DNA from: Planctomycetota bacterium
GTDB lineage: Bacteria > Planctomycetota > JAJSAM01 > JAJVHW01
Assembly: GCA_965248445.1 (NCBI GenBank)
Contig: CBDFJG010000003.1
Location: 704,001-768,000, forward strand
Reading direction: 5' to 3'
Length of the DNA stretch: 64,000 nucleotides
In this document: positions 1 to 10,092 of the stretch, piece by piece
Numbering within the stretch: the first letter of the stretch is position 1
How the letters are laid out: each line of letters opens with the position of its first letter
Position numbers and translations under genes: made by a program
The notes under the pieces: model-generated
Seen by the model: only the letters and a program-made list of their open reading frames with translations
What the model was told of the DNA's origin: nothing
Databases searched by the model: none

Positions 1-48
1 GCGCTGGCGGAGCGCCTCGGCGTGGTCGATGCCCACACGGAGGGCTAG
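1..48 (+). CDS. 3' end of a gene truncated by the window edge
   Basis: Open frame ALAERLGVVDAHTEG ending in TAG at 46-48; too short to identify. Confidence 0.3.
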   Translation, partial: ALAERLGVVDAHTEG

Positions 49-57
49 CCGGGCTAG

Positions 58-1726
58 CCGCATCTGTTCACGAGACGTCGCGATGACGGTGCTTTCGGAG
101 TCCACAGGGTCAGATCTTGGCCAGGCGAGGGCGGATGCTGTCGTCGTTGCCACAAGGGCAACGCGAGTGAGCGGCCGAAACGGCGCGGATTCTGCGGTGT
201 GGGCAGACCGTAGGCCGGGCGGTGGTGTGGCGGACGGCGCGGCGGGACGTCAGGTCGGCTTCGGGGATGCCAGCAGTCGTTGCGCGCAGCGCTCGAAGAC
301 GTGCTGCCAGGGCCACGACGAGGACATCGAGACCCAGATCCGGCGCGTCGTGATCCGCACGAGCGCGCCGATCTTGAGCAGCCGCAGGCGGATCGTGCCG
401 GCTTGCGCACGCGCCATCTCGGTGCCGGCGAGACCGATGCGTCGCAGCGCACAGGTCAGGACGTAGGCCATGGCCGACATGGCCATCCGCACGGCGTTGC
501 CCTGCATCGTGTGCACCGACAGACGGGTGCCGAAGAGCTCGAGCTGCTGCTCCTTGATGCGATTCTCCGCCTCGCCCCGGGCGCAGTAGAGCTGCTCGTA
601 GAGACGCTTGCTGCTCCAGCTACGAGGCGGCAGATTGGTCACCACGAAGCGGGGATTGCGCTTGCCGCCCGGCAGGTGCTCGGCCTTGGCGACCACGCGA
701 CGCCTCTGGCTCCAGCTCCCCAGCGTGGTCCAGGCAAAGTCGCGAAAGACCCGGGCTGCTCGGCCGGTCTGCACGGCACGGGCTGCGGCCTCATCGAGCG
801 CGTCTTCGACGTGTCGCTCAAGGCGCTCATTGCGCGCCATGCCCAGCAGGTAGAAGTGGCCGGCGGCCTCGCACCAGGCCATCAGCTCCTCGCGGCAAAA
901 GCCCGAGTCTGCGCGCACGAGCACCTTGGCCCGGGGCCAGCGGCGCCGCAGACGTAAGACCAGCGCACGGAGCTCGTCCACGACTCCGCGCGCGGGATCT
1001 CTGTCAGCGGTCTGGAGCCGAGCGAGCAAGAGGTGCTCGCCGCAGAAGACGTACAGCGGCAGGTAGCAGTAGTGCCCGTAGTAGCCGTGGAAGAAGCGGC
1101 CCTCCTGCCGGCCGTGCAGCCGCACGTCGGAGTGGTCCAGGTCCAGCACGAGCAGGCCCGGATCCTCCGGCCCCATGGCCTCGCAGAAGACGTCGCTGAG
1201 CACGCTGTCCACGCGCTCCTGGTCCATCTCGATCTTGGCGTAGCGCGTCTGTGCCGTGGCGCCGAGCTGCGTGGTCTCGAGCCGCGAGAGCGTCGGGTGC
1301 GTGGCCAGAGCACCCTCGCGCTTGCCGCACGCCGCGGCAAACAGCGGGTCCTTGCCGACATGGTCGTGGTCCACCAGATCCTCGTAGCCCGCGCACAGCC
1401 CGAAGACCCGCTGACGCAGCATCTGGCCGACCGTGTGCTCGACCCGACGCGGGTCCCGGTGGTCCCCGAAGCAGCGCGCAAACCGCGAGAGCAGATCGAT
1501 GCGACGATCGACCCGCTCGAGCAGCAGCACGCCCCCGTCGCTCGTCACGGTACCGGCGTCGAAGCGCGTCACCGCGGTGCGTCCACAGATGCCCGCGAAG
1601 AGGGTCCCCTGCGGGCTACAGTCTGTCGTCATCGGGCCGGCGCTCCTGTCGGTGCAAGTACTAGCGAGTACGAGCACTTAGACAGACGACGGCCCGCTCA
1701 GATTCCCGGCTGGTGAACGATTCGGG
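58..1726 (-). mobile_element. IS1380-family insertion sequence (~1.67 kb)
   Basis: Imperfect terminal IRs (CCGCATCTGTTCACGAGACG vs revcomp CCCGAATCGTTCACCAGCCG, 13/20); CTAG direct repeats at 54-57 and 1727-1730; single transposase. Confidence 0.85.
250..1632 (-). CDS. IS1380-family DDE transposase
   Basis: Motifs TSDGGVLLL, LRQRVFGLCAGYED, LDLDHS..HGRQEG.FFHGYY..YCYLPL, VRADSGF, YCARGEAENRIKEQ; start placed at ATG 1632 (MTTDC). Confidence 0.93.
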   Translation of the reverse strand: MTTDCSPQGTLFAGICGRTAVTRFDAGTVTSDGGVLLLERVDRRIDLLSRFARCFGDHRDPRRVEHTVGQMLRQRVFGLCAGYEDLVDHDHVGKDPLFAAACGKREGALATHPTLSRLETTQLGATAQTRYAKIEMDQERVDSVLSDVFCEAMGPEDPGLLVLDLDHSDVRLHGRQEGRFFHGYYGHYCYLPLYVFCGEHLLLARLQTADRDPARGVVDELRALVLRLRRRWPRAKVLVRADSGFCREELMAWCEAAGHFYLLGMARNERLERHVEDALDEAAARAVQTGRAARVFRDFAWTTLGSWSQRRRVVAKAEHLPGGKRNPRFVVTNLPPRSWSSKRLYEQLYCARGEAENRIKEQQLELFGTRLSVHTMQGNAVRMAMSAMAYVLTCALRRIGLAGTEMARAQAGTIRLRLLKIGALVRITTRRIWVSMSSSWPWQHVFERCAQRLLASPKPT

Positions 1727-1727
1727 C

Positions 1728-1751
1728 TAGCAGCGCGTCGACGCGCTGCTA
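1728..1751. terminator. Perfect 24-bp palindrome, possible bidirectional terminator
   Basis: TAGCAGCGCGTCGACGCGCTGCTA is self-complementary and sits between originally convergent gene ends; no U-tract. Confidence 0.4.
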
Positions 1752-3251
1752 CGAGATGTCGGTGCGCACGTCGGCGTAGGGGTCCGACGAGTACGCCGGC
1801 GCCCCGCGCGGTACGTCCGCCGCCTCGACGTGCCCCAGCCATCCGAGGCTCGGCCGGAGCGGCGTGCTCGGCAACTCGGGCACCACCCGCAGATCGTCAG
1901 GGGTGTGCTCCGTGATCGGCCACTCCCCCACCGTGAACGCCTCGCGAACGCAGGGCAGTCGCTCGGGATCGAATCCGATCATGCGGGCGCAGGCCAGGTC
2001 GACGAGCGCTTGGTCGAAACCCGCGAGCACGACTCCGGAGTGCACGGGATCCGGACGCAGCGGACCCTCGTTCTCGCCCGTCACGATGGCGTCGACGATG
2101 GTCAGCCACTTGCGCCGCTCCCGGCCGAAGGCGCCGTCGCCGCGCGCGTAGATGGCGGCGCGGTTCAGGTCGAGAACCATGCGCCAGACCGTGTCGTTCC
2201 CGTACCAGGAGCCCTCCCGGTAGTGGTCCGGGAACGGCTTCACGCGATTTGAGATGCTGATCGCCTTGCGCGCGGCCCGCAGCGCAATCCGGCGGACTCC
2301 GGGCCCCGCAGCGTCGATCTCGTAGTCGAGCTTCGACAGGAGCGCTTTGCGCGGGGAGGAGATCGGGTACTCGTCCCCACCGCAGTTGACTGCACCTGAG
2401 CGATGGTGCGGAAGCCACGCCTTGTCGCCGTTCAGGCCGACGAGGTTCTTGAGCGCGCACGTCATTCCCGCCTTGCGGTGGGTCTTGAGCTTCGGCACGT
2501 TGATCAGCACGTCGGAGTCGAGAGCGGTGCACGCCATCAGATACTCATGCTTGCCCGGCCGGTGGTGCATCGGGGTCGACTCTGCGTCGTAGCCCGTGAC
2601 GCGATAGCGGTCGTGGCCCTCGTCGAGGGGTGCGAGCACGCTGTTGTCGCCGAGATCCACGGGCTGCAGACCGTTCGGATCACCGGCCAGTTCGTACCGG
2701 GCGCCAGCGAAGCCGGCGTCGCTCTCGGTCCTGCCGGTGCAGCGGAAGTCCAGAAGGTCGATCGGAACGTCCGCGCGATCCTGCACGGCCGCAGCCATCG
2801 CCCCGATCCCCGTGATCGCGAGGAGCTTCTCGAAGTCGCAGCTCTGCAGGGGCGCGTCTCCTAGGGTGACGCGACCCTCACCGCGCAGCGCGAGCAGCAC
2901 GTAATCGAGCACGACGCGTACGACCGAACCGTGCGTCAGCATGCAGTCGACGCCTCCCGGTCCGTGGTTCTCGTGGCGCACCATGTTCGGCTTGACGAGC
3001 ACGTTCATGCCGGGCTCGATCAGGACGCCGAGCGGGTTCCACTCCGGCGTGCCGAAGCGGGCCGCGTCGAGACCCAGGAGCCGCAACGACTCGCGCACGG
3101 CGGCGTACGCCGGGTTCGGTGTCCGCGCGACGGGCACCGCCGCCATCTCCGGGTAGCGCTCCGAGGGATCGAACGGCGCGGACCGCGCGTACCCGGGCGA
3201 GAGGGTGCGCGCGGCGGCGACGACGCGGGTGTCCAGATCGTGGCTGCTCAT
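1749..3251 (-). CDS. DUF362 domain-containing protein
   Basis: VLVKPNMV, INVPKLKTH..AGMTCALKNLVG and DAIVTGENEGP motifs; ATG 3251 overlaps the upstream stop (ATGA). Confidence 0.8.
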   Translation of the reverse strand: MSSHDLDTRVVAAARTLSPGYARSAPFDPSERYPEMAAVPVARTPNPAYAAVRESLRLLGLDAARFGTPEWNPLGVLIEPGMNVLVKPNMVRHENHGPGGVDCMLTHGSVVRVVLDYVLLALRGEGRVTLGDAPLQSCDFEKLLAITGIGAMAAAVQDRADVPIDLLDFRCTGRTESDAGFAGARYELAGDPNGLQPVDLGDNSVLAPLDEGHDRYRVTGYDAESTPMHHRPGKHEYLMACTALDSDVLINVPKLKTHRKAGMTCALKNLVGLNGDKAWLPHHRSGAVNCGGDEYPISSPRKALLSKLDYEIDAAGPGVRRIALRAARKAISISNRVKPFPDHYREGSWYGNDTVWRMVLDLNRAAIYARGDGAFGRERRKWLTIVDAIVTGENEGPLRPDPVHSGVVLAGFDQALVDLACARMIGFDPERLPCVREAFTVGEWPITEHTPDDLRVVPELPSTPLRPSLGWLGHVEAADVPRGAPAYSSDPYADVRTDIS

Positions 3252-4633
3252 CGGGCTCTCTCCGTCGCGGCCGCGGCAACACGGGCCTCCGGCTCGTATC
3301 GGCTCTGCGTGACCCGGACCTTTCCCGACGGCGTTCGTTCGAGTTCCCGGACGCGGGTCACGCGGACCGGAAGACTGCCGAGCATCTCGCGAGCCGGTTC
3401 GATCACGGTCGCGACGTCGTCGGCTCCGGGTTCGTGCGCGGTCACGACGCGCACTTCGACGGCCCCCGCCTCGTCCTGAACGACCTGGAACGCCTCCACC
3501 CAGGAGAACTCCTTCATCAGGTGCGGGAAGAACGCGCCGCTGAGGGCGCCACCGGCCGAGGTCCAGAGCACGTCCATGGAGCGGCCGTCGACGCGGGCGA
3601 TGCGGGGATAGCCGATGCCGCACGGACACGGTGCGTCGCCGGCCGCCGTCGCGAGGTCACCGACTTCGTAGCGAACCATCGGGAACGCGTGGTTGTCGAG
3701 CAACGTGATCAGCAGACGGCCGCTCTCGCCGGGCCTCGCCGGCCGGCCGTCGACATCGATCTCCACGTGGACGTGCGGCGAGACGACGTGCAGCCCGTCG
3801 TGCTCCGAGCACTCCTGCGCGACGATGCCGAGTTCCCGGCTGCCGTATCGATCGAACACCGGGGCACCGAACGCGCGCTCCACGAGTTCGCGGGTCTCGC
3901 GGGTCAGCGGCTCCGCCGTCGAGATGACCCCACGCGGGTGCAGCGGCGGTCTCCCGGACGCGATGATCGCCTCCGAGACAACGCGAAGCAGCGACGCGTA
4001 CGCCGTGACCAAGCGTGGCCGGAACCGATACAGCGCGTCCAGTTTCCGGCTGAGCACCGCAGGCGACAGATCGAAGCCCGCCAGGAACAGCAGGTTGCGT
4101 GCCCGCTCGCCGGCAGTGCGGCGCAGCCGTTGGAACCTGCTCTCCGCGAGCGGAGTGCCCCACACCGAGGCCTCCCGCTCGCCGAGACGGAAGCCCGTCC
4201 ACTCGTCTCCCCGCACCGCGCCGGCCGTCGCCCGGCACCACCATGTCGTGTCGTGGTAGTACGGTGTGGGCACCCCGGTCGATCCGCCTGTCGCGCCGCG
4301 CACCACGTCGCGGAGGTCAGCGTGCTCCGACAAAATCCGGTCCGCGTGCTCCCGCAACATCTGCTTCGTGAGCACGGGCACGCGCAACAGATCGTCGGCG
4401 TGCCGCAGCGACTCGGGGGTGATGCCGTGCGCCTCGTACAGCTCGCGCAGGAACGGCGAGTGCGCGGCGGCGTGCCGCGCCGTCGCCAGCGCGGCTGCAG
4501 TGCCGCGCCGACGCGCTTCCTCCGGCTCCTCGCGCTCTGCTGCGTGGAGCTCAGCGACTGCGTGCCGCACGCGCGGCCAGGTCCTGCGGAGCAGGAGTGG
4601 CAGCACGGCGCGGCGCACGAGCATGGGATGCAT
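3248..4633 (-). CDS. Phenylacetate-CoA ligase family (PaaK/CapK-like) adenylate-forming protein
   Basis: TGGSTGVP, DRYGSRELG, ITLLDNHAFPMVRYEVGDL, DGRSMD and TPSGKVR motifs; polysaccharide-locus context. Confidence 0.85.
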   Translation of the reverse strand: MHPMLVRRAVLPLLLRRTWPRVRHAVAELHAAEREEPEEARRRGTAAALATARHAAAHSPFLRELYEAHGITPESLRHADDLLRVPVLTKQMLREHADRILSEHADLRDVVRGATGGSTGVPTPYYHDTTWWCRATAGAVRGDEWTGFRLGEREASVWGTPLAESRFQRLRRTAGERARNLLFLAGFDLSPAVLSRKLDALYRFRPRLVTAYASLLRVVSEAIIASGRPPLHPRGVISTAEPLTRETRELVERAFGAPVFDRYGSRELGIVAQECSEHDGLHVVSPHVHVEIDVDGRPARPGESGRLLITLLDNHAFPMVRYEVGDLATAAGDAPCPCGIGYPRIARVDGRSMDVLWTSAGGALSGAFFPHLMKEFSWVEAFQVVQDEAGAVEVRVVTAHEPGADDVATVIEPAREMLGSLPVRVTRVRELERTPSGKVRVTQSRYEPEARVAAAATERAR

Positions 4634-5830
4634 GTCGTGGCTCCGTGGTGAGAAGGTCCGTGTCGGCGCGGTGTTTCCGGCCGCGCCCGTGTTCGATCAG
4701 CGACAGATACAGCTCCTCGTAGCGCGCGATCATGCGTGGCAGCGTGAAGTGCGACTCGACCCTTCGGCGCCCGGCCGCTCCGAGACGTGCACGAAGACCC
4801 GCGTCCGCAATCAGCGGCGCGATCGACTCGGCGAGTGCGCCGGGGTCACGCGGCTCGACGAGGAACCCGGTTTCGCCGTGCTCAATGACCTCGCCGTTGC
4901 CGCCGACAGCCGTGCCGATGCAAGGCAGCCCGGCGGCCATCGCCTCGAGGAGTGCGTTGCTCATACCCTCGGTGACCGACGGCAGCACGAAGACGTCGAT
5001 GGCGGCGAATGCGAGCGGCAGGTCGTCGCTCCATCCCGCGAAGTGGGTGCGATCCGAGACGCCCAGTTGCGCAGCCTGAGCCAGCAGCGATTCGTGCTCG
5101 GCACCGGCGCCCACGAGCAGCAAGTGTGCGTCGGAATGGTCGCCGCATAGCTGTGCGAACGCACGTAGCAGGCCCCCATAGTCCTTCGCGGGGTCGTGCC
5201 GCCCCACGGAGCCGATGACCGTCGCGTGTGCGGGGAGGTTGAACGCACGCAGCGCGTCTTCGCGGCACGGCGCGTTCTCGAATAGGTCGAGCCGCACGCC
5301 GTTCGGTACGCAGACGAGCTTCTCACGGCGGACGCGAACGTGGGCGGCCAGCCAGTCGCCGAGTTCCTCGGAGACCGTCGCGACCGTATCGGCCAGCGGG
5401 TACATGAGGTTGCGCAGGAGCGCCCGGCGCTTCTTCATCTGACGGGCTTCGTCGACGTCGCGGCCGTGCTCGCTGTGCAGGATGGCCTTCACCCCGCCGA
5501 GACGCGCACCAAGCACCCCCTCGATGCACGAGAACGCTCGTGTGTGCACCAGGTCGGGCGGTCGGGCTTGGTGCTGCGGAACAGCTTGGCGAGCCGGAGC
5601 GGGAACATCGGGTCGTTACCGACGCGCCGCGGGACGGTCATCACCTCAACTCCGCCTCGCTCGACGCGTGACAGCATTTCTCGCTCACCCGTCCCGTGGT
5701 TCACGGCGAGGACGATCGTGAATCGAAAGCGCTCGGAGTCCAACCCGTTGAGGAGGTTGACGACCCCGTTCTCCGTCCCCCCTCGGCCGAGGGAGTGGAG
5801 CAGGTAGACGACGTGGTACGGCGCGGGCAT
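4551..5830 (-). pseudogene. Glycosyltransferase family 4 (GT-B), frameshifted
   Basis: N-terminal LGRGGTENGVV is in one frame and HSEHG...FVLPSVTEGMSNALLEAMAAGLP in another; an 8-bp tandem duplication at 5552-5567 explains the shift. Confidence 0.8.
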
Positions 5831-5999
5831 GATGGGTGGTGCGGACGGTGGGCCCACATGGTGAGCTCGGACCGTCTCTCATCGGTATGAGGCGAACGGG
5901 CGTTTGAGTGGCCTCGAATCCGCTTTCTCGCGCCGGCGGATTCTCAGATTGAGAAAGCGAACCGGGGCGGCGACCTGTCGTGCCGTGCCCGGAGCGCGT

Positions 6000-7511
6000 T
6001 CAGTCTCGGCGGAACCGCGAACTGACCGCGCCCAGGAGGGTGGTGACGTCGCTCCGCGTGATTGCCCCGGTGAGCGGCGAGGCGCCGAGGAACACCACCG
6101 AGTAGACCGCGGAACCGGCCACGACCCGCGCGAAGCGTCCCCAGCCGTCGACCCAGTCCATCTGCATCGCGAAGTGCGTCGCGAGCCAGGCGGCTCCCGC
6201 GGTGATCAGGAGGCGGAGCAGGGCGCCCCAGTCGAGGAGCGAGCCGATCCCGACGTCGAGGTGCCGGGCAGCCAGCCACGAGCCGAGTAGCCAGTTGGCG
6301 GCCAGCGTTCCGAGCACCATCGCGGGGGCGGCCCCCGCCCAGCCGACGGTCGGCAGCAGAATCGCGAGCAGCGTCCCCGACAGCAGCAGGTTGGATACCG
6401 CGACCCACGTGGTGGCCTTCGCCGCGCCCGTGTTCTCCATCAGGACCTGCGGCAGGAAGATGCGCACGAGCATCCCGGCGGTGAACCACTGGAAGACGGG
6501 CACCGACTCGGCGAACTTCTCGGGGTAGATCAGGAGGAACAGGTCTTCGGCGACCGCTTCGACCGCCCCCACGATCGGCACCGTCAGCACCGCGATCATG
6601 CGGCACGTACGCCGCCACATGCCCAGGAGCGTCTCGCGACGGCCGCCCGCGTGCAGCACCGAGATCTCGGGGGCGGACAGCGACAGCATCGTGAACGCGA
6701 GGGCCCCGACCACCGGCGGCTCCATCGCGCCGCGCAGGTAGCTGCTCTTCGCGGCCTCGCCGAACAGGAGCGGGACTGCGAAGCCGTCCATACGGATCGC
6801 GAGCAAGCTGATGGCTGACGCCGCCATCACCGGGAGGGCGAAGCCGGCCAGATCGCGCAACGACGGCGAGGCGGACGCGGATCCGGACGGCGCAATGGGC
6901 AGCAGCATGCCGCCCGCGACGACGATCGCCTGAACCGTCGTTGCCGCGAGGAGGCCGCGCAGGCACCACACCAGCCTCTCGCTCTCGGGAGCGAACGCCA
7001 GCGCGCCGCCGATCGCGGTGAACATGACGAACGCCACGGCGACGATCACGTATCCCCATCCGCGCCGCACACCGCGAGCGAGCAACACCTGTTCGCCGAT
7101 CGCGTAGGGGAACGACACACCGATGATCGTGGCGATCAGCGCTCGGTGCTCGAGCAGCCGGACGTCGTCCGGATCCAACGATGCCAGCACGGAGGGGACG
7201 AGCGCGATCAACGCGAACGCGAGCAGGCCGGTTCCGAGGATCACCCCTGCGACGCTGCGCATAAGCCACGTCGGCCGCTCCGTCCGCGGCAGGAAGTAGA
7301 CGACGAGCTTCCCGAGCGGCGCAGCCAGAAGCACCGGCACGACGGACGAGAGGAACGTGACGTGCATGTACGTCCCGTAGACTTCGTGCGTCAGGATGCG
7401 CGAGAGCGGCATCGAGAGCAGGAAGACGACGGCCATCTGCACCGTGCGCGCCGCCGTGATGAAGGCGGCTGCCGACGCCAGGCTGGTCCGCTCTTCCCGC
7501 TTGCCGCTCAT
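6000..7511 (-). CDS. Oligosaccharide flippase (Wzx/MOP family)
   Basis: 503 aa with many hydrophobic segments, SRILTHEVYGTY near the N-terminus, adjacent to a glycosyltransferase. Confidence 0.75.
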   Translation of the reverse strand: MSGKREERTSLASAAAFITAARTVQMAVVFLLSMPLSRILTHEVYGTYMHVTFLSSVVPVLLAAPLGKLVVYFLPRTERPTWLMRSVAGVILGTGLLAFALIALVPSVLASLDPDDVRLLEHRALIATIIGVSFPYAIGEQVLLARGVRRGWGYVIVAVAFVMFTAIGGALAFAPESERLVWCLRGLLAATTVQAIVVAGGMLLPIAPSGSASASPSLRDLAGFALPVMAASAISLLAIRMDGFAVPLLFGEAAKSSYLRGAMEPPVVGALAFTMLSLSAPEISVLHAGGRRETLLGMWRRTCRMIAVLTVPIVGAVEAVAEDLFLLIYPEKFAESVPVFQWFTAGMLVRIFLPQVLMENTGAAKATTWVAVSNLLLSGTLLAILLPTVGWAGAAPAMVLGTLAANWLLGSWLAARHLDVGIGSLLDWGALLRLLITAGAAWLATHFAMQMDWVDGWGRFARVVAGSAVYSVVFLGASPLTGAITRSDVTTLLGAVSSRFRRD

Positions 7512-7566
7512 TCCGAGTTCATCGACCTAACCCGCATCGGGCAATGAACCCTGTAGCTATGTGTCG

Positions 7567-8598
7567 CTACTCGGTGGGGACCAGCGGTTCGGGCTGGGCT
7601 GCGTCGGTCCCCACAGCGTCGAGGAAGGCAGCCACCAGGCTCCGGCTGGCCGCAGCGATGGCCTCGGGACCCTCGGCCACGACCTGCCCGCCGGCCATGG
7701 AGGGGTGCCCTCCGCCTGATCCGCGACCGCCGGCCATGAGCTGCTCCATGACCGCGCCCGCGTCGGCTTCCTCGTCACGAGTGCGGAACGAGACGTAGAG
7801 CGTCCCCTTGTGATCGCCGGTGATGCAGGTCCATTTCGCGCAGTCCGCGCGCAGCAGGTAGTCGGCCATCTCCGGGACCATCTCGGGGACGCGCACGGTG
7901 CCGAGTTCCGACGTGATGATGTCGCCCACGAGTTGCGCGCCGTCGACCGCGTGCTTCACGTCCTGGAAGTAGCCCCGCGGGACGCACTCATCCTCGATGC
8001 GTGCGAGGCACTTGCGGTCGATGAGCTTCTCGAGTTCGCGGTACACGGCGACATCGGTCAACGTCGTGTCGCGCACGAGGTCGCGCGTCTCGCTCTTGAT
8101 TCCGTAGAACAGCGCCGTGGCGAGATCGGTGGGTATGGGGATCGCCTTCGCGAGAAGCATCTCCCCCACCAGCGTCGACGTTGCCCCGTAGCCCGGTTCG
8201 ATGATCGCCACCTCGGCCCCGGCGGAGGCCTCTCTGGCCGGGTGGTGGTCAATCACGACGGTCGGCACAAAGCCCGGCGGGAACGATGTGTAGTTCGTGC
8301 CCGGCTGCGTGTCGCACACGGCAGTGAAGTCGTAGTCGTCGTAATCGATGAGCGGTGCCGGCATGAGGGGCACACCCAGTTCGCGCACCATCGCCCGATT
8401 CTCGGAGCGTCCGATGATGCCCCCGAACGCGATGACGGCGTCGTGCCCGGTGTAGCGCTGCACCAGGTGCCGCACCGCAAGGGCGCAGGCGATGGAGTCC
8501 GGGTCCGGGTTGTTGTGGGTCTGGACGAGGAAGCGCTTGCGGCCCTCGAAGGCCGCCACGATCCGATCCAGCCGTTTCGCCGGCTCCTCGACGTCCAT
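7567..8598 (-). CDS. DHH/DHHA1-family phosphoesterase (NrnA-like)
   Basis: HNNPDPDSIA, DTQP, IDHH and GGGHPSMAGG motifs. Confidence 0.88.
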   Translation of the reverse strand: MDVEEPAKRLDRIVAAFEGRKRFLVQTHNNPDPDSIACALAVRHLVQRYTGHDAVIAFGGIIGRSENRAMVRELGVPLMPAPLIDYDDYDFTAVCDTQPGTNYTSFPPGFVPTVVIDHHPAREASAGAEVAIIEPGYGATSTLVGEMLLAKAIPIPTDLATALFYGIKSETRDLVRDTTLTDVAVYRELEKLIDRKCLARIEDECVPRGYFQDVKHAVDGAQLVGDIITSELGTVRVPEMVPEMADYLLRADCAKWTCITGDHKGTLYVSFRTRDEEADAGAVMEQLMAGGRGSGGGHPSMAGGQVVAEGPEAIAAASRSLVAAFLDAVGTDAAQPEPLVPTE

Positions 8599-8981
8599 CA
8601 GGCGTCCCCGGTCGGTCGCTCCGTGCCGGACGCCTGCTTGTAGCCGAGCGCCTTGACGATGTGCAGGACCTCGCTCCAGGTCGGGAACGGGCGGCTGTGC
8701 TTCGTCTTGTACGCGTTGATCGCGTTGACGAACTCGAGCTCGTCGGGTGCCAGGGGGTACTCATTGATCCGGCGCTCGGTGCCGCGGTAGAGGGGCGCGA
8801 CCGTCGTCCGCTTGCGGCGGTCCGAGGACCTCCGGTCTCCCGCCCGGCGCTCCACGCCTGCCGGCGGCTTGGTGCCCGCCCTCCGGTCCGTGCCGTCGCG
8901 GCGCGATCCCTTGCGGCGGTCCCGCGGGTCCGGAATCGCAGATGCCTGCTCGTCTTGCAGCTGCTCGTCGGTCTCGTCCAT
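8598..8981 (-). CDS. Conserved hypothetical protein with Arg-rich DRR/ERR repeats
   Basis: Several DRR/ERR repeats, then a compact domain DELEFVNAINAYK...RPFPTWSEVL.IVKALGY; TGATG overlap with the DHH gene. Confidence 0.7.
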   Translation of the reverse strand: MDETDEQLQDEQASAIPDPRDRRKGSRRDGTDRRAGTKPPAGVERRAGDRRSSDRRKRTTVAPLYRGTERRINEYPLAPDELEFVNAINAYKTKHSRPFPTWSEVLHIVKALGYKQASGTERPTGDA

Positions 8982-9063
8982 CACGCTCGAAGCTATCACG
9001 ACCTGAGGTCACTGTCCCTCCCTCCGGGCGCCGACTTCACCAACACGCTGCTAGGCTGGAGGC

Positions 9064-10086
9064 GTGCCCGACGAAGACTCCCCCACCAGCCCCCTCGGAC
9101 GCGTCCTCAGGTTCTGGTCGCTGGTCCTTCGGGGCCCGGGACCTGGAGAGCGAGCCGGCCTGTACCGGAGTCTCGCCACGTTGCTGGACGCCGGATTCGG
9201 AGCGCGGGAGGCGACGGACCGCGTCAACTCGGGCGGCGCAGTGATGACGGCGCTGCGCGCCGCTGCGGCGGAGGGGCGGCGGCTCGCAGACGGTCTCGCC
9301 GACAGCGGTGACCGTGTGACCCCGGTCGAGGTCGCGCTGGTGGCGGCGGGCGAGCGGGGCGGCCAGGTCGTCCACGAACTGCGTCGCCTCGCGGATCGAA
9401 TGGACGTGGCGGTCGCAGCGCGGCGTCGGCTCTACGCCGCGCTGGCCTATCCGGTACTCGTCCTTCACGTAGCGCTTCTCCTGCCCACGATTCCGCTGGT
9501 CGGCATGTCCCAGGGCATGGGCGCCTGGTTGCGCACCGTCGTGCTCGGGCTGCTCGTGATCTGGGGCGTTCCGTTCCTGGCCGTGTCGTTCTACGCGGCG
9601 TTCCGAGACGATCCGGGCTGGTCCCGCTGGTTCTGCCGTATTCCCGCCGCGGGCCGTGCCATCCACACGTCGGCCGTGGCCCGCTTCGCGTGGACCTTCG
9701 CCTCGCTACACGACGCCGGCATCCTGCACGACGAGGCGGTGGCGATGTCCGGCCGCGCAGCGGGACTCGGATGGATGCGTCAGGAACTCGAGCAAGCGCC
9801 CGCGCGGCTCGCGGCCGGTGAGCCCATGCCTGCGGTGCTTGCGACGGTGCGGTCGCTGCCGGCGGACGTTCGCGACTTCATCTCGACGGGCGACGCGACG
9901 GGCACGTTGACCGAATCGATGACGCGCGCTGGGACCCTGTACGACGAACTGGCCGGCCGCGCCGCGACGGCAGCAGCCGTCGCCGGCGGAGCCGTGACGT
10001 ACATCCTGGCGGTGCTGGCCGTCGTCGGCATGGCGTTCGGCGTTTTCGCCAAGGTCTACGGACCGGTGTTCGAGATGCTCGACTGA
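9064..10086 (+). CDS. Type II secretion F / PilC-like inner-membrane platform protein
   Basis: Two T2SSF-like repeats (LATLLDAG...AAGERGG...ALAYP; FASLHDAG...TGDATG), each followed by TM segments. Confidence 0.8.
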   Translation: MPDEDSPTSPLGRVLRFWSLVLRGPGPGERAGLYRSLATLLDAGFGAREATDRVNSGGAVMTALRAAAAEGRRLADGLADSGDRVTPVEVALVAAGERGGQVVHELRRLADRMDVAVAARRRLYAALAYPVLVLHVALLLPTIPLVGMSQGMGAWLRTVVLGLLVIWGVPFLAVSFYAAFRDDPGWSRWFCRIPAAGRAIHTSAVARFAWTFASLHDAGILHDEAVAMSGRAAGLGWMRQELEQAPARLAAGEPMPAVLATVRSLPADVRDFISTGDATGTLTESMTRAGTLYDELAGRAATAAAVAGGAVTYILAVLAVVGMAFGVFAKVYGPVFEMLD

Positions 10087-10092
10087 CGCGGG

